64,000 nt of DNA from a virus (IMGVR_UViG_3300037047_000246), one strand, 5' to 3'. Counted from the stretch's first letter, positions 18,897-29,339 are shown. The notes: generated by a model not told the origin, from the sequence alone. Numbers and translations are program-made.

Positions 18897-19067
18897 AATA
18901 TCTGTGCGCCATTTGGCGACCCACGCCGACCGTGCGTGACCGCACAAAACGCTTGCAACCAGACCGGGGCTGTGGTATTGTGAGTTTTAGGCTGCGGGCC
19001 TGTAAACTCTGACCCGCAGTCAGTACCCACCGGTAAGTCGGCGCGATAAGCGCCGCATGGAGGCAAA

Positions 19068-20741
19068 ATGGAGCAGGGGTCCCTATGGGTAAGAGGCGAC
19101 AAGTCTTTGTGGCGGGAGATCAAGATCCCCTCCAACAGCGAATTTTTGCAGCTGTACTACAAGTGGACCTTCGGAAAGGTCGCGGAGCTGTTTCGGCGCG
19201 ATAGGGACCGCATCCAGGACTCTGTGCAGGATGCGTGCATGCGTCTGCTCCAGAAGGACTTCATAGGCCGCTGGTTCTTCCGGCATCTGTCTCACGAGCT
19301 GGTGTCCCGCGACGAAGCCGAGCGCATCCTCGGCCCAGGCTCCAAACTCAAGTTCATCTCTGCTGTTTGTCCAGTCGTGGGCAAACGCTCAGAGAAGGAC
19401 TCTCTGTGGCGCATAAGCGATCTGCTCGCCTATGCGAAGTTCGACCACGACCGATACTACTACTCTATTCAAAATCACACAATCACATCTGACTTGGTGC
19501 TGAGGATGCTTGGCTATTCTGATCTTGCTGTGCCGGTGGAGTCCCCAGAGGCCTCCAACCCAAAGAGCAAGGTTCAGGATCCTAACAATCCGGGACAGTT
19601 CATCAGCCACAAAGCTGAAGCCTACAATGTGCTGAAGTCCTTGTACAAGCAGGGCCGGTTGAAGCCGGCCGAGCTGACCCAGCACGATTGCTGCGAACAG
19701 TCAACTTCCGGTTCGGCTCTTCGCGGCCAGGACGGCGAATTCGCGAGGAACAGCGCGGGCGAACTCATGTGCTCAGTGCCGGATTGCGGCAAGAAGCATT
19801 TTGCGCGCGGATTCTGCACCCTGCACTATGGCCAGCAGACGAAATCGGTCTGTCAGGAATGCGAAAGGGGTCGAGCGTCTTTGCGATCTCGCCATCTTTC
19901 CTTGGCTGACGACTGGACGAAAAATCCGCAAGCGGCCTCTGTCCTCAGGTGGAACGATTCTCAGCTGCGCCCATTTTTGCGGCATTGGCGGGGGTGCAAT
20001 GCCGTCAGCTCTGTGCCTCACTACATCGTTCGTCCGGACAATCATCAGGGGCAGTACCAGGGGATCAAAGCCGGTTTGTTGGCTTACGCTGCTAAAGTCA
20101 TAAACAACGCGGTATGCAATAACTTCACCAGGTTGGGTCGCACGTCAGACTTGGACAGCACGATCTTCAACGACGGCATTTCGCCGGACGTAGGCAATCA
20201 AGACGTGGTTGCCTGGGAAACTGAAGACGGCACGGACCACAAGGTCATGGTGGTCAAAGACTCCAGTGCGCTTGAGTCTTTCCGCATCGCTGAAGCTGGT
20301 CACGACGTACGCGCAATGGCGGCAAAAGCCAGCCTCACTGACGAAGAGCGGGCGGCTCTGGACTCGGTGGATATGAACGACACCAGCATCAGAGAGTTTG
20401 CTCAGCAGCGAGACGTGTCTGTGGCGTATGTACATAGGATCCGCAATGCAGCTTTTGAGAAGCTGCGCAATGCCGAGATTGCAGACGCATTTGTGGACAA
20501 GATGGCGGAGCTGGTGTGTGCGAAGTACGGCTGCTCGTACGGCGAGCTGATAGGTGACGACAGAGTCGGTCCGTGCGTTCTGGCCAGAACAGAGTTCTTT
20601 CACCACCTGCACGAGTTTGGTTTGTCAGTGGACGAAATCGCCAGTCGCATCGGCATGTCGAAGGATCGCGTCAGCCTGTCGATAAGCCGGGCAGTGGTCA
20701 TGTGCAAGCCGTTCACTGACATGAGCGGCATAACCCTTTAG
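19068..20741 (+). CDS. Sigma70-like factor with large insertions and a C-terminal DnaA_C-like helix-turn-helix
   Basis: Region-2-like 'IQDSVQDACMRLL'; a Cys/His finger 'CSVPDCGKKHFARGFCTLHY'; region-4-like 'LTDEERAAL...SIREFAQQRDVSVAYVHRIRNAAFEKLR'; C-terminal 'VCAKYGCSYGELIG..R...VLARTEFFHHLHEFGLSVDEIA'. Confidence 0.6.
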   Translation: MEQGSLWVRGDKSLWREIKIPSNSEFLQLYYKWTFGKVAELFRRDRDRIQDSVQDACMRLLQKDFIGRWFFRHLSHELVSRDEAERILGPGSKLKFISAVCPVVGKRSEKDSLWRISDLLAYAKFDHDRYYYSIQNHTITSDLVLRMLGYSDLAVPVESPEASNPKSKVQDPNNPGQFISHKAEAYNVLKSLYKQGRLKPAELTQHDCCEQSTSGSALRGQDGEFARNSAGELMCSVPDCGKKHFARGFCTLHYGQQTKSVCQECERGRASLRSRHLSLADDWTKNPQAASVLRWNDSQLRPFLRHWRGCNAVSSVPHYIVRPDNHQGQYQGIKAGLLAYAAKVINNAVCNNFTRLGRTSDLDSTIFNDGISPDVGNQDVVAWETEDGTDHKVMVVKDSSALESFRIAEAGHDVRAMAAKASLTDEERAALDSVDMNDTSIREFAQQRDVSVAYVHRIRNAAFEKLRNAEIADAFVDKMAELVCAKYGCSYGELIGDDRVGPCVLARTEFFHHLHEFGLSVDEIASRIGMSKDRVSLSISRAVVMCKPFTDMSGITL

Positions 20742-20761
20742 TGGCTTGGCTCAGCCGAGCC

Positions 20762-22486
20762 ATGCAACCTACATTTCGTGTATCCGCAAGCACCAGGTTC
20801 GTCCTAGCTTTCATGCGTCTCAGCGCGGACATCGCTGAAGGATTTGGCAGAGCTATCCTGTCGATTCTCCAGAAGCAATATCCGGAGATGCGCAGGGAGA
20901 TGGCTGAAGACGAAAAGTACAAAGAGAATCCTGCTGCCGCGGTTGGCCACAAGCTGCTTGCTATCGCCAGGAAGCAGCTTCAGTACAACGATCAGGACGC
21001 GTACGACGCCATCCAGGACTTTCTGGTATACCTGACTTCAAGTAATTTCCAGTTCAAGTCCCCCACCAAGCGCGGCAATCCAGGCGCGTCCACATGGCGC
21101 CACGCCCTAGGCAACATCTTTTCGAATATGCACACTCGGGCGATGTCGCATTCGTTCAAGAAGTTCAAGGCGGGCAAACACACTGAGGAGGACCTGTACT
21201 CTGATTTGAAGTGGCGCAAAAACCAGTTTGATCAAGGCAACAAGCGATATAACTGGACTGAAGACGACGAAGACGAGCTGGCTAGGCTGGAGCAGGCTCT
21301 GCGTACGAAGAACGTAGACATCAACAAGATCGTCCCTACCAAGCTTCGGCGCAAAAATACTCGCGACAAGACTCTGGACGAGGCGTTCGGCAAGCGGGAT
21401 GAAGGTGGCTCGCCTTCAGGCGGTTTGGAACGCATGCCGGTGTCGCCTGAGTCTTCCATGGGAATGCCTTCTGACGAGCGTGCGGCGAAGAAGAGCTTCA
21501 TGGAAGTGCTTGACGAAGTTGTGCCGGACCTTCAGAACGAGCTCAACCAGCCTGAGTATAGAACAGTTGACCGCACCCCAGATTTCCCAGTCGGTCTGCC
21601 GGCGCAGCGGTTTTTGTTTGAGTATATCATGTCGGAAGAGGGCACTGGATCATTTTTGCCCGATATCAAGGCGAACATGGGCCAGGCTTCAGAATTCCGT
21701 GACTGGCTCGAGGAGCGAGCTACCAGGCCGGGCCCCAACGGCAAAGAAGCACGCGAAGTCCTCAAGCGATATGCTAAGAGGTGGTCCGGATTTGTCGGCG
21801 ACACCAGACTGAAGCTGATGAAATCCGTGCAGAGCTTCATGGAAGACGCGCTGCCCGAGCAAGAGTACGAGCAGCTGTGGAATGAATTTTTCTCCGACAC
21901 CACGCCGCGCCAAGTGGAGAAGCTCAAAGAGCGGCGTGACTTGGAAGCTGTGCGGTACCAGCGTGGTAGGGACTTGCGGGCTTTGATCCGCATGATGGAA
22001 TCCAGCAAGCTCGGACTGCTGTCCACAAAAGAGCAGTCCGACATGACCAAGCTGAAGCAGAAGATCGGGCGCGAGATCGAAGACGAAATGACAGATGCCG
22101 TGGTCAGCGCGCAGAACAAATACAAGAAGGACATGGAGCAGTATTCTAAGATGCTTGACTCCTATATGCGCAAACGCGAGCAAGTGTCGCATCTGCCCGT
22201 GGAGAAACAGCCGAAGTTGGATAGGCCTGAGAAGCCTAAGCCAGTTAATCCTGCCGCAATCAGAGCGGCTATTGGGCCCTTTGACGCTCAGCTCAAGTAC
22301 GCATATGCGGAGTGGGGCGAAGATATCACGAAAGCCATCGAAAAGGAACTTGGCCACCAGATCCAGAAAGAGGACGAGGAGAAGGCCGCAGCTGATATTG
22401 CTGAGCAGGCCATTGCCGAGGTAGACCAGCGCAGGGAGCCCATCGCATCTCGCGTGGCCCGAAAGTTCCTTCGTTTGTGCACCTGA
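20762..22486 (+). CDS. Large helical hypothetical protein
   Basis: ~575-aa ORF (GTG 20741 or ATG 20762), charged and coiled-coil-rich, ending 'PIASRVARKFL'. Confidence 0.75.
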   Translation: MQPTFRVSASTRFVLAFMRLSADIAEGFGRAILSILQKQYPEMRREMAEDEKYKENPAAAVGHKLLAIARKQLQYNDQDAYDAIQDFLVYLTSSNFQFKSPTKRGNPGASTWRHALGNIFSNMHTRAMSHSFKKFKAGKHTEEDLYSDLKWRKNQFDQGNKRYNWTEDDEDELARLEQALRTKNVDINKIVPTKLRRKNTRDKTLDEAFGKRDEGGSPSGGLERMPVSPESSMGMPSDERAAKKSFMEVLDEVVPDLQNELNQPEYRTVDRTPDFPVGLPAQRFLFEYIMSEEGTGSFLPDIKANMGQASEFRDWLEERATRPGPNGKEAREVLKRYAKRWSGFVGDTRLKLMKSVQSFMEDALPEQEYEQLWNEFFSDTTPRQVEKLKERRDLEAVRYQRGRDLRALIRMMESSKLGLLSTKEQSDMTKLKQKIGREIEDEMTDAVVSAQNKYKKDMEQYSKMLDSYMRKREQVSHLPVEKQPKLDRPEKPKPVNPAAIRAAIGPFDAQLKYAYAEWGEDITKAIEKELGHQIQKEDEEKAAADIAEQAIAEVDQRREPIASRVARKFLRLCT

Positions 22487-22519
22487 ACTCAGACCGACTC
22501 AGGCGGGGTAACGTTCGTC

Positions 22520-22720
22520 ATGGAAAAAGATTACCCCGTCGTTCTGATCAAATGCCGCCGAGGCCAAGACGCGGCGACTTCCGGCCAAGAGTGTGGCAGC
22601 AATCAGGCCTACAATTTGGCCAACCACGGCGACTTCGTGGTCAAGTTCAAATGCGTCAAGTGCGGCTACATTTGGTCCACACCTGTCGGCGGTTCCATGA
22701 ACCTTCCGCCCGGCGTTTAA
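22520..22720 (+). CDS. Small zinc-ribbon protein
   Basis: C...CG...CVKCG. ATG is preceded by G-TAACGT-N5. Confidence 0.6.
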   Translation: MEKDYPVVLIKCRRGQDAATSGQECGSNQAYNLANHGDFVVKFKCVKCGYIWSTPVGGSMNLPPGV

Positions 22721-22960
22721 ATGATCGCGCTTTGCCCCAAATGTGCCAAGCCCATGGAGCCGCTTGGGCAAGTGAACCGCATGGCGTGCTTTAGCTGCCG
22801 ATGTATCTTCGATGTTAGAATAACAGTAGACATCGAAGAGGTTTTCAGCAGTGACAAAGACGCCAACTTTGACGCGGACAGAGCAGTTCGAGGAGCTTCG
22901 CCGCCTAATCTTTTGCCCGCCGACTGCAGCCGTGTTGACGGGGCCAGAGAAGACGGGTAA
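22721..22960 (+). CDS. Small CxxC-CxxC protein
   Basis: CPKC..CFSC, abutting the previous stop. Overlaps the next gene by 110 nt. Confidence 0.4.
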   Translation: MIALCPKCAKPMEPLGQVNRMACFSCRCIFDVRITVDIEEVFSSDKDANFDADRAVRGASPPNLLPADCSRVDGAREDG

Positions 22961-23624
22961 ATGGCGCACCGCTGTGCAGGTGTCGGAGTTTGCAGGCCTT
23001 AGTGACGTCCTGCAAGTCGACGGGTCCATAGATGGAGCGCGTCAAGCGGCTTCATTTTTGAAGTCCATGCCGCTTGACGGCGTTGTGAGATTGGTCGTGG
23101 TAGACGGCCGGTCCGGCATATCAGAACCTGCGCAGGACGCCTACCTGAAAACTTGCGAAGAGACGCCAGAATTTGCCTCAATTCTGTTCGTGGCGGAAGA
23201 CGCGAACTTGCTGCGGCCCGCGCTGCTGTCTCGCTTGACCGTGCTGCATTGGTCTGCTGCCACCGCGGACGAGGTGCGCGCAACGACAGAAGTTGACGAC
23301 TTCGTTGCGACTATGTTGCGAGGAAGGACTGAACTTTGCCAGACTGCGACTAAAAATGCTGTCGCGCTGCGCGCACTGTACGACGCTGCAATTGACCTGG
23401 CGAACAGCTCACTAGACCTGACCAGGGCGCCGTCCATGCTGACCGAGTGGTCCAAACTGGACGATGACTGCAAGAAAGCAGCCATTTTGGCGTGCGAAGC
23501 TGCGGCCGCGCATGCGCTAGAAGCACCGCGTTTGACGTCTCTGCTTCTTTTTGTAGACGTGCTTAGGACCTGCCCGTCTGCAAATGTTGAAGTCCATTGG
23601 TGGCGAGCCTGCATGGCGGTGTAA
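22851..23624 (+). CDS. holB: DNA Pol III clamp-loader delta'-like subunit
   Basis: 'VLTGPEKTGK', 'AQDAYLKTCEETP', 'LRPALLSRL' (HolB LLPTIRSRC-like). Confidence 0.7.
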   Translation: MTKTPTLTRTEQFEELRRLIFCPPTAAVLTGPEKTGKWRTAVQVSEFAGLSDVLQVDGSIDGARQAASFLKSMPLDGVVRLVVVDGRSGISEPAQDAYLKTCEETPEFASILFVAEDANLLRPALLSRLTVLHWSAATADEVRATTEVDDFVATMLRGRTELCQTATKNAVALRALYDAAIDLANSSLDLTRAPSMLTEWSKLDDDCKKAAILACEAAAAHALEAPRLTSLLLFVDVLRTCPSANVEVHWWRACMAV

Positions 23625-24556
23625 TGTGCTTTGCGGTGAGCACTTTAATCATTGTTAACGGGGACGACGACTTCCTGAAAGAGCGTGCAGCTCTTGACGA
23701 GTCGGCTATGAGTCTGGCGCCTTCTGTTCAGCATTTTTCGCTGAAGAGCGACGCTGAAAAGTATGCCGAGTGGCTTGACATGATTCCGATCGGAGGCGTC
23801 TGCACTTTGGTGCTGTGGGATGCTACAGAAGTGCCGGATTTGCCGTCTGACGGCACTGTCGTTTTGGTTGCCGCAAAAGGCAAAACCATTCACAGTGCAC
23901 GTGCTAAGCGCGAAGTCGAAGTCAAAAAACCCAAGCCGTACGACGACGGAGCAGAGTACGTGCGATGGATTCTGAAGGAAGGCGAGCGGCTTAACATAGA
24001 TCTAAGCATGATTGCCGTCGCACTTTTTTGGAACTGTGGGACGGACCTACGGAAGATATGCTCAGAGATCACGAAGATCAAAGTGCTGGTGGGTCCCGGA
24101 GGCACCGCTGAACCATCTTTGGCTCGGCGCGTCATGTGCTTTTCCGCTGAACTAACCCCTAAACATGTTATCGATGCTGTGTGTGAAGGTCATCCAGCTA
24201 AAGCCATCGCCTTCTACGATAGGCTGCAAGAAGGGGGATGCGAGACGGGATGGATAATAGCATACATGCAGCGTCATGCTATTCAGCAGTTACGTGCGGA
24301 GCTGTTGCTGAAGTCCGGGCACACGGTGGAGCAGGTGGCCGCTGCTTTCGGCTCACATCCGGCGTTCGTGAGGAGTAACATCCTTCCTAAGCTTGGTCTG
24401 TGGAGCATTTCTTCTTTGCGCTTTAGCCTTGACACCCTGTGCAGTCTTGATCTGAAGCACAAGCGCGGCACAGATGTTTCTCGATGGGGACTGGAACCAG
24501 AAATCATACGTTTGTCCGAGGAGGCCAAACACAATGTCACAAGTCGTCGAAGTTGA
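23624..24556 (+). CDS. holA: DNA Pol III clamp-loader delta-like subunit
   Basis: 'LIIVNGDDDFLK', 'GTDLRKICSEITKI', 'LCSLDLKHKRG...WGLE' match the HolA layout. TAATG coupling to holB. Confidence 0.75.
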   Translation: MCFAVSTLIIVNGDDDFLKERAALDESAMSLAPSVQHFSLKSDAEKYAEWLDMIPIGGVCTLVLWDATEVPDLPSDGTVVLVAAKGKTIHSARAKREVEVKKPKPYDDGAEYVRWILKEGERLNIDLSMIAVALFWNCGTDLRKICSEITKIKVLVGPGGTAEPSLARRVMCFSAELTPKHVIDAVCEGHPAKAIAFYDRLQEGGCETGWIIAYMQRHAIQQLRAELLLKSGHTVEQVAAAFGSHPAFVRSNILPKLGLWSISSLRFSLDTLCSLDLKHKRGTDVSRWGLEPEIIRLSEEAKHNVTSRRS

Positions 24557-27305
24557 GCGTTGCAATGTTGTTGAGCTGCAGCGTCCGACCGCAGCAAAGG
24601 AAGCTGAGTCCGCTGGCCGTTGGACCAGATTTTTCACAAAGGAAGAAGTACACCCTTTTGACGAAATCCGGTGGAAGATTACCGATGCCAGGATAGTCAG
24701 CTCTGACGGCGTTGTCGTGTTTGAGCAGCTCGGAGTTGAGGTGCCTGATTGGTGGAGCGTCAACACGATCAACATCGTTGCTGACAAATACTTCCGGGTG
24801 ATTGATGGAGAGAAAGAAAACTCCGTCAAGCAAATGATCTTTCGAGTTGCGGTAGTCATGCGTAAGTGGGCTGCGGAGCAGGGTTATTTCAACTCTGATC
24901 ACGACGCCCAAGTCTATGAAGACGAACTGTGCTACGTGCTTCTGCACCAGTACGGAGCATTCAACTCGCCCGTCTGGTTCAACATCGGAGTGCCTGGTCG
25001 CAAGCAACAAGCCTCCGCTTGTTTCATTTCTAGCGTCGACGACACGCTTGACGCCATCATGGAGTTTCAGAAATCTGAAGTCAAAATTTTCGCTGGCGGT
25101 TCTGGTTCTGGCGGAAACTTGTCCAACTTGCGCTCGTCTTGGGAACGTCTGTCGTCTGGTTCATATGTGTCTGGCACGCTGGCATGGATGGAGGGCTTCG
25201 ACAAATTCGCCAAGGCCATGAAGTCCGGCGGCAGCACGCGCAACGCGGCCAAGATCATTGTGCTGGATATGGACCACCCAGACATCCTTGAAACAAAGGA
25301 CGGCCGCCCCGGATTTATTCGTTGCAAAGCGGCCTCGGAGAAAATTGCCCAGGACCTGGCTGCTCTGGGCTACGGCGTGGCCTACGACGATCCAAATTCA
25401 GTTTACAAGCTTGTGCCGTTCCAGAACGCCAACCATTCGGTCAGCGTCGACGATGCCTTCATGAAAGCTGTGGTCGACGACAAAGAATGGTGCACTGTGG
25501 AACGCACGACAGGCAAGGTTGTGCACACTTACAAAGCGCGCGACATGTGGCGCGAAGTGGCAGAAGCTGCTTGGACTTGCGGCGATCCAGGCATTCAGTT
25601 CACAGATACGATCAACGATTGGCATACCACTCCAGCTGCCGGTCGCATTCGTTCAAGTAACCCGTGTGCTGAATATCTCAACATAGACAACACAGCTTGC
25701 AACCTGGCGGCTATCAATCTGACAAAATTCTTTGACGGCCGAAAATTGGCGACAGACCGCTTGGCGCATGTGGTGCGTGTGCTAGTGACGGCGCAAAATG
25801 CCATAATTGCCATGGCCGAGTATCCGACGCAGGCTATCGCTGACAACTCGATCAAGCTGCGACCGATCGGGCTGAACTATGGCAACCTTGGGTCGCTCAT
25901 CATGAAGCTCGGATATGGCTACAATTCGGACGAGGGGCGGGCTGTTGCTGCTCGCACAGCGAGCTTGATGACAGGCATGGCGTATGTGGCGGCAGCAAAG
26001 TTGGCTTCCCGCATCGGTGCCTTCCCTGCTTTCCATGACAACAGGGAGCCCATGCTTGGCGTCATTGCTAAACATGCCGCTGCTGATGCCGACGTTTGCC
26101 AGCGCTGGAGTTTGCATCATGACCCGCTGGGGAAAGACGTCAAATCGTGCAGTGCATCCATATGGCGCGAAGCGCTAGAGCTCGGCCGCAAATATGGCTA
26201 CTCGGTGTCTCAAACTACGCTGCAGGCGCCGCTCGGCACGCTGTCGTTTTTGATGGAGATGGACACGACTGGCGTCGAGCCCATGTTCTCTCTGGTTACC
26301 TACAAATCTCTGGTCGGCGGCGGGGCGCTCAAACTGGTGAACTCGGCAGTGCTAGGTGCTCTGGAAGGTCTAGGGTACTCTAAGTCGCAGATTGAAGTCA
26401 TCTGCAAGTACATTGAGACCAATGACTACATAGAGGGAGCGCCTGGCCTCAATCCAAAGCATCTGCCTGTGTTCGACGGCGCCATGGCTTGCGGCCCCTC
26501 TGGCAGACACTTGTCTCCGATGGCGCATGTGGATATGTTGGCGGCCATCCAACCGCTCATCACTTGCTCCATCAGCAAAACTGTCAACCTAGCTAAAAAC
26601 ACCACTCCAGAGGAAATCGCCGACATTTACCTGCAGGCTTGGAAGCTCGGGGTCAAGTGCATCGCACTGTATCGGGACGGCAGCAAGATGTCGCAGCCTC
26701 TCGTAACAAAGACTTCTGAAGCTCCCACCGTGTCAATCGCGCCTCCTAGCGAGGAGGCGACACGACGCCGGCATCTGCCCGCGGATTTGGAAGGACACCG
26801 GCATCGGTTCACCATGGGCGGCTGCAAAGGGTATATCATGATGAACGAATACCCGGACGGCAGTTTGGGCGAGGTGTTCTTGCGTCTCGGCAAGACCGGC
26901 ACGACAATGGCTGGATTTATCGATGGGTTCACGCAGCTGCTTAGCATTTCTCTTCAGTATGGCGTGCCGCTAGACAAGATGATCCGATCGTTCGTGCATA
27001 CGAAGTTCGAACCGTCTGGGTTTACAGACAATCCGCAGATCCGGTTCGCCGACAGTCTGTTCGATTACCTGTTCAAACTGCTCGACATACGATATTTCGA
27101 AGGTCGCAACTCAGGCTTGGCAGACAAACTTGCGGCGATGGCATCTGAATCCGAGGACGCCGGCTCGCTGCCGCCGGTGTCCATGCCGGCTCCTGAACCG
27201 GTCAACGTCAGCGCCCCCATCTGTCCCAACTGCGGCAGCATGACGCGCCGGGTCGGCACCTGCCACCTGTGTGCGACGTGTGGAACAAGCACTGGATGCA
27301 GCTGA
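24534..27305 (+). CDS. nrdJ: Class II (B12-dependent) ribonucleotide reductase with C-terminal TSCPD domain and zinc ribbon
   Basis: 'FNSPVWFN', 'ASACFI', 'GSGSGGNLS', 'SSNPCAEY', 'TACNLAAINL', 'RPIGLNY', 'ISKTVN', 'LYRDGSK', C-terminal CPNCG..CATCG. GAGGAGG SD. Confidence 0.95.
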   Translation: MSQVVEVERCNVVELQRPTAAKEAESAGRWTRFFTKEEVHPFDEIRWKITDARIVSSDGVVVFEQLGVEVPDWWSVNTINIVADKYFRVIDGEKENSVKQMIFRVAVVMRKWAAEQGYFNSDHDAQVYEDELCYVLLHQYGAFNSPVWFNIGVPGRKQQASACFISSVDDTLDAIMEFQKSEVKIFAGGSGSGGNLSNLRSSWERLSSGSYVSGTLAWMEGFDKFAKAMKSGGSTRNAAKIIVLDMDHPDILETKDGRPGFIRCKAASEKIAQDLAALGYGVAYDDPNSVYKLVPFQNANHSVSVDDAFMKAVVDDKEWCTVERTTGKVVHTYKARDMWREVAEAAWTCGDPGIQFTDTINDWHTTPAAGRIRSSNPCAEYLNIDNTACNLAAINLTKFFDGRKLATDRLAHVVRVLVTAQNAIIAMAEYPTQAIADNSIKLRPIGLNYGNLGSLIMKLGYGYNSDEGRAVAARTASLMTGMAYVAAAKLASRIGAFPAFHDNREPMLGVIAKHAAADADVCQRWSLHHDPLGKDVKSCSASIWREALELGRKYGYSVSQTTLQAPLGTLSFLMEMDTTGVEPMFSLVTYKSLVGGGALKLVNSAVLGALEGLGYSKSQIEVICKYIETNDYIEGAPGLNPKHLPVFDGAMACGPSGRHLSPMAHVDMLAAIQPLITCSISKTVNLAKNTTPEEIADIYLQAWKLGVKCIALYRDGSKMSQPLVTKTSEAPTVSIAPPSEEATRRRHLPADLEGHRHRFTMGGCKGYIMMNEYPDGSLGEVFLRLGKTGTTMAGFIDGFTQLLSISLQYGVPLDKMIRSFVHTKFEPSGFTDNPQIRFADSLFDYLFKLLDIRYFEGRNSGLADKLAAMASESEDAGSLPPVSMPAPEPVNVSAPICPNCGSMTRRVGTCHLCATCGTSTGCS

Positions 27306-28954
27306 CCCTACGGGACCTTTGGACCGAGGCGCAGTGGGGTAAACTGCGCCTCGTTCCTCCTTTTCCTGATTGGAGTGCCAAATCACACAACAAAGCATTG
27401 TGGCAATGCGAGTGTGGCCGGCGCAAGCAGATCATAACCCAAAATGTGACTAGCGGAAGGACAACCTCCTGCGGACAGTGTTCAGTCCTGTCTGCAGAAT
27501 ACTGGACTGCGACCAAGTTCGGCCACTTGCGCATGCAGACGCCTCAAGATATGCATCCGAAATCTTCTCGGAAAGTGGCTTGGCTGTGTGACTGCGGGCG
27601 TAGCAAGCTCATCGTGGTGCACAGCGTAGTCAACGGCGCCACTGTGCGATGCGGCCAGTGCAACGTTGTGGACCCTGGCCTGGCGCAGTTTGGGCTGTGG
27701 ACAGTGTCGCTGACCGGCAACGAGACTCAAAGCAGTGATGCGAAAATTCAGGCTCGATGCCGGTGCGGCCTGCAGTCTGAGGTTCGTTTAGCTGACCTCA
27801 CATCAGGCAAATCTAAAAGCTGTGGTCGGTGTTTTGAACGCGCCATGCAGTGGTATGAAGATCACCGAGATCAACTGCGTCAACTGCGCCTTCCATTTCC
27901 GCCAGATGCCTTGCCGAGCGGGTGGATCGTGGCCCGGTCGGCGGTTGTGCGTAGCAGCGTGCCGTTTGACGCTGAGTGCGGGGCCTGCGGTCGCTCGTAC
28001 AGGCCAACGTGGAACAATATTAGACAAGGCAAATCGCTAACTTGTGGCTGCGTTTCATCAAGAGTGTCGCATGGCCATAAACGACTAGCGGACTTCATAG
28101 TGTCGCTTGGTTTTGATGTTGAAGTGGAACACGCTATTGGCGGGCTAAAATTCGACGTTGTGGTGCCTAGTGCGCGCCTGGCGATTGAATTCCAGGGGCT
28201 CCACTGGCATTCTGCAGAGGGGTCGCAGACGAGGGACTTTAAAAAATTTGCTTTGGCCAGGAGCCTTGGTTACGGCGTAATATGTTTATATGAAGACGAA
28301 TGGCACGAGCATCGGCATAAAATCGAGAACTTGTTGCGCAGCCGGCTCGGTGTGAGCCGACCCGTCAGGTGGCGCGGATCCAAGTGCACGGTGTCTTGCG
28401 TATCGAGTGCGGACGCGGATGCCTTTCATGACAGTTACCACTATATTGGAGCCGCCCGATGTCCAGTCAACTACGGGGTGTTCGTTGAAGGAAACCTCGT
28501 TGCTTGCGCTTCTTTCAGGCGTCCAACCCGCCAGTCCAAATATCAGTACGAACTGGCGAGAATGTCCTCCTGCCCAAATATCACGGTGCATGGCGCATGG
28601 TCCAAGGTGATGCAAGCTTTTGCTTTTGACCACAAGCCCGAATCCGTCGTATCATTCTCTGACGATCGGTTATTTGACGGGCTCGTGTATGGCAAGATCG
28701 GATTTCGGCGCGACGGGAAAGTGAAGCCGGACTATTACTGGACTGACGGGAAGCGACGTTGGCATAAATCGTCGATGCGCAAGCGTGGTACTGAGCGCAC
28801 AAGTGGCAAGACAGAGGGGCAACTCAGGTCTGCCGTCGGTTTGTGCAAAATTTGGGACTTGGGTAAAACGAGGTGGGTATGGCCGCACACTTCCAATTCA
28901 GTGGTAAAGGAAGCTGACAGACGAGGAGATGGCCGCGGTCGTTCCCATGTCTAA
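27296..28954 (+). CDS. Free-standing endonuclease with Cys-rich N-terminal repeats and a GNAT-like C-domain (subfamily B)
   Basis: Repeated 'FG.L...W.C.CG...SCG.C' modules; nuclease core 'FDVVVPSARLAIEFQGLHWH'; 'YHY...YELARM...SFSDDRLFDG.VY...IWDLGKTRWVW'. Confidence 0.75.
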   Translation: MQLTLRDLWTEAQWGKLRLVPPFPDWSAKSHNKALWQCECGRRKQIITQNVTSGRTTSCGQCSVLSAEYWTATKFGHLRMQTPQDMHPKSSRKVAWLCDCGRSKLIVVHSVVNGATVRCGQCNVVDPGLAQFGLWTVSLTGNETQSSDAKIQARCRCGLQSEVRLADLTSGKSKSCGRCFERAMQWYEDHRDQLRQLRLPFPPDALPSGWIVARSAVVRSSVPFDAECGACGRSYRPTWNNIRQGKSLTCGCVSSRVSHGHKRLADFIVSLGFDVEVEHAIGGLKFDVVVPSARLAIEFQGLHWHSAEGSQTRDFKKFALARSLGYGVICLYEDEWHEHRHKIENLLRSRLGVSRPVRWRGSKCTVSCVSSADADAFHDSYHYIGAARCPVNYGVFVEGNLVACASFRRPTRQSKYQYELARMSSCPNITVHGAWSKVMQAFAFDHKPESVVSFSDDRLFDGLVYGKIGFRRDGKVKPDYYWTDGKRRWHKSSMRKRGTERTSGKTEGQLRSAVGLCKIWDLGKTRWVWPHTSNSVVKEADRRGDGRGRSHV

Positions 28955-29023
28955 AGACGAACTGACCTAGCCTTGGAGCAAGGCCGGCGAGATCGTTACG
29001 TACTGAGAGGGCCTAAGAGACCT

Positions 29024-29296
29024 ATGAAAAGCGCATGGATTTTGTTTACCATGGCAGCGTGCGGCTACGACGGAGCAGTGCTGCCTCCTCAAGCTCCGAT
29101 GCAGTCCCGTTCGATGCAAGAGATCGACGGCACTTTCGAGGTGGAATGCCGATTCGGCATATCGGCGTGTGAGAATCAGGCCGCAGCGAGGTGTAAGTAT
29201 GCCGGGTACCGCATTGTCAGCAGTTATCGCACAATCGGGCCGCTTGGTCCGTATTGGTACGCCAAGATGGCCTGCGGTAAGGACGAATCTGATTGA
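29024..29296 (+). CDS. Putative lipoprotein
   Basis: N-terminus MKSAWILFTMAAC is lipobox-like; additional Cys residues follow. Confidence 0.5.
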   Translation: MKSAWILFTMAACGYDGAVLPPQAPMQSRSMQEIDGTFEVECRFGISACENQAAARCKYAGYRIVSSYRTIGPLGPYWYAKMACGKDESD

Positions 29297-29339
29297 CCAA
29301 AGGGGACCGGTTGATTAGTAAACATTGCCACTTCGTGAT

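Noticed and set aside
18991-19020. CTGTAAA loop resembling a tRNA-Tyr anticodon loop
   Set aside because: There is no acceptor stem, D-arm or T-arm. No tRNA genes were recognised in the window.
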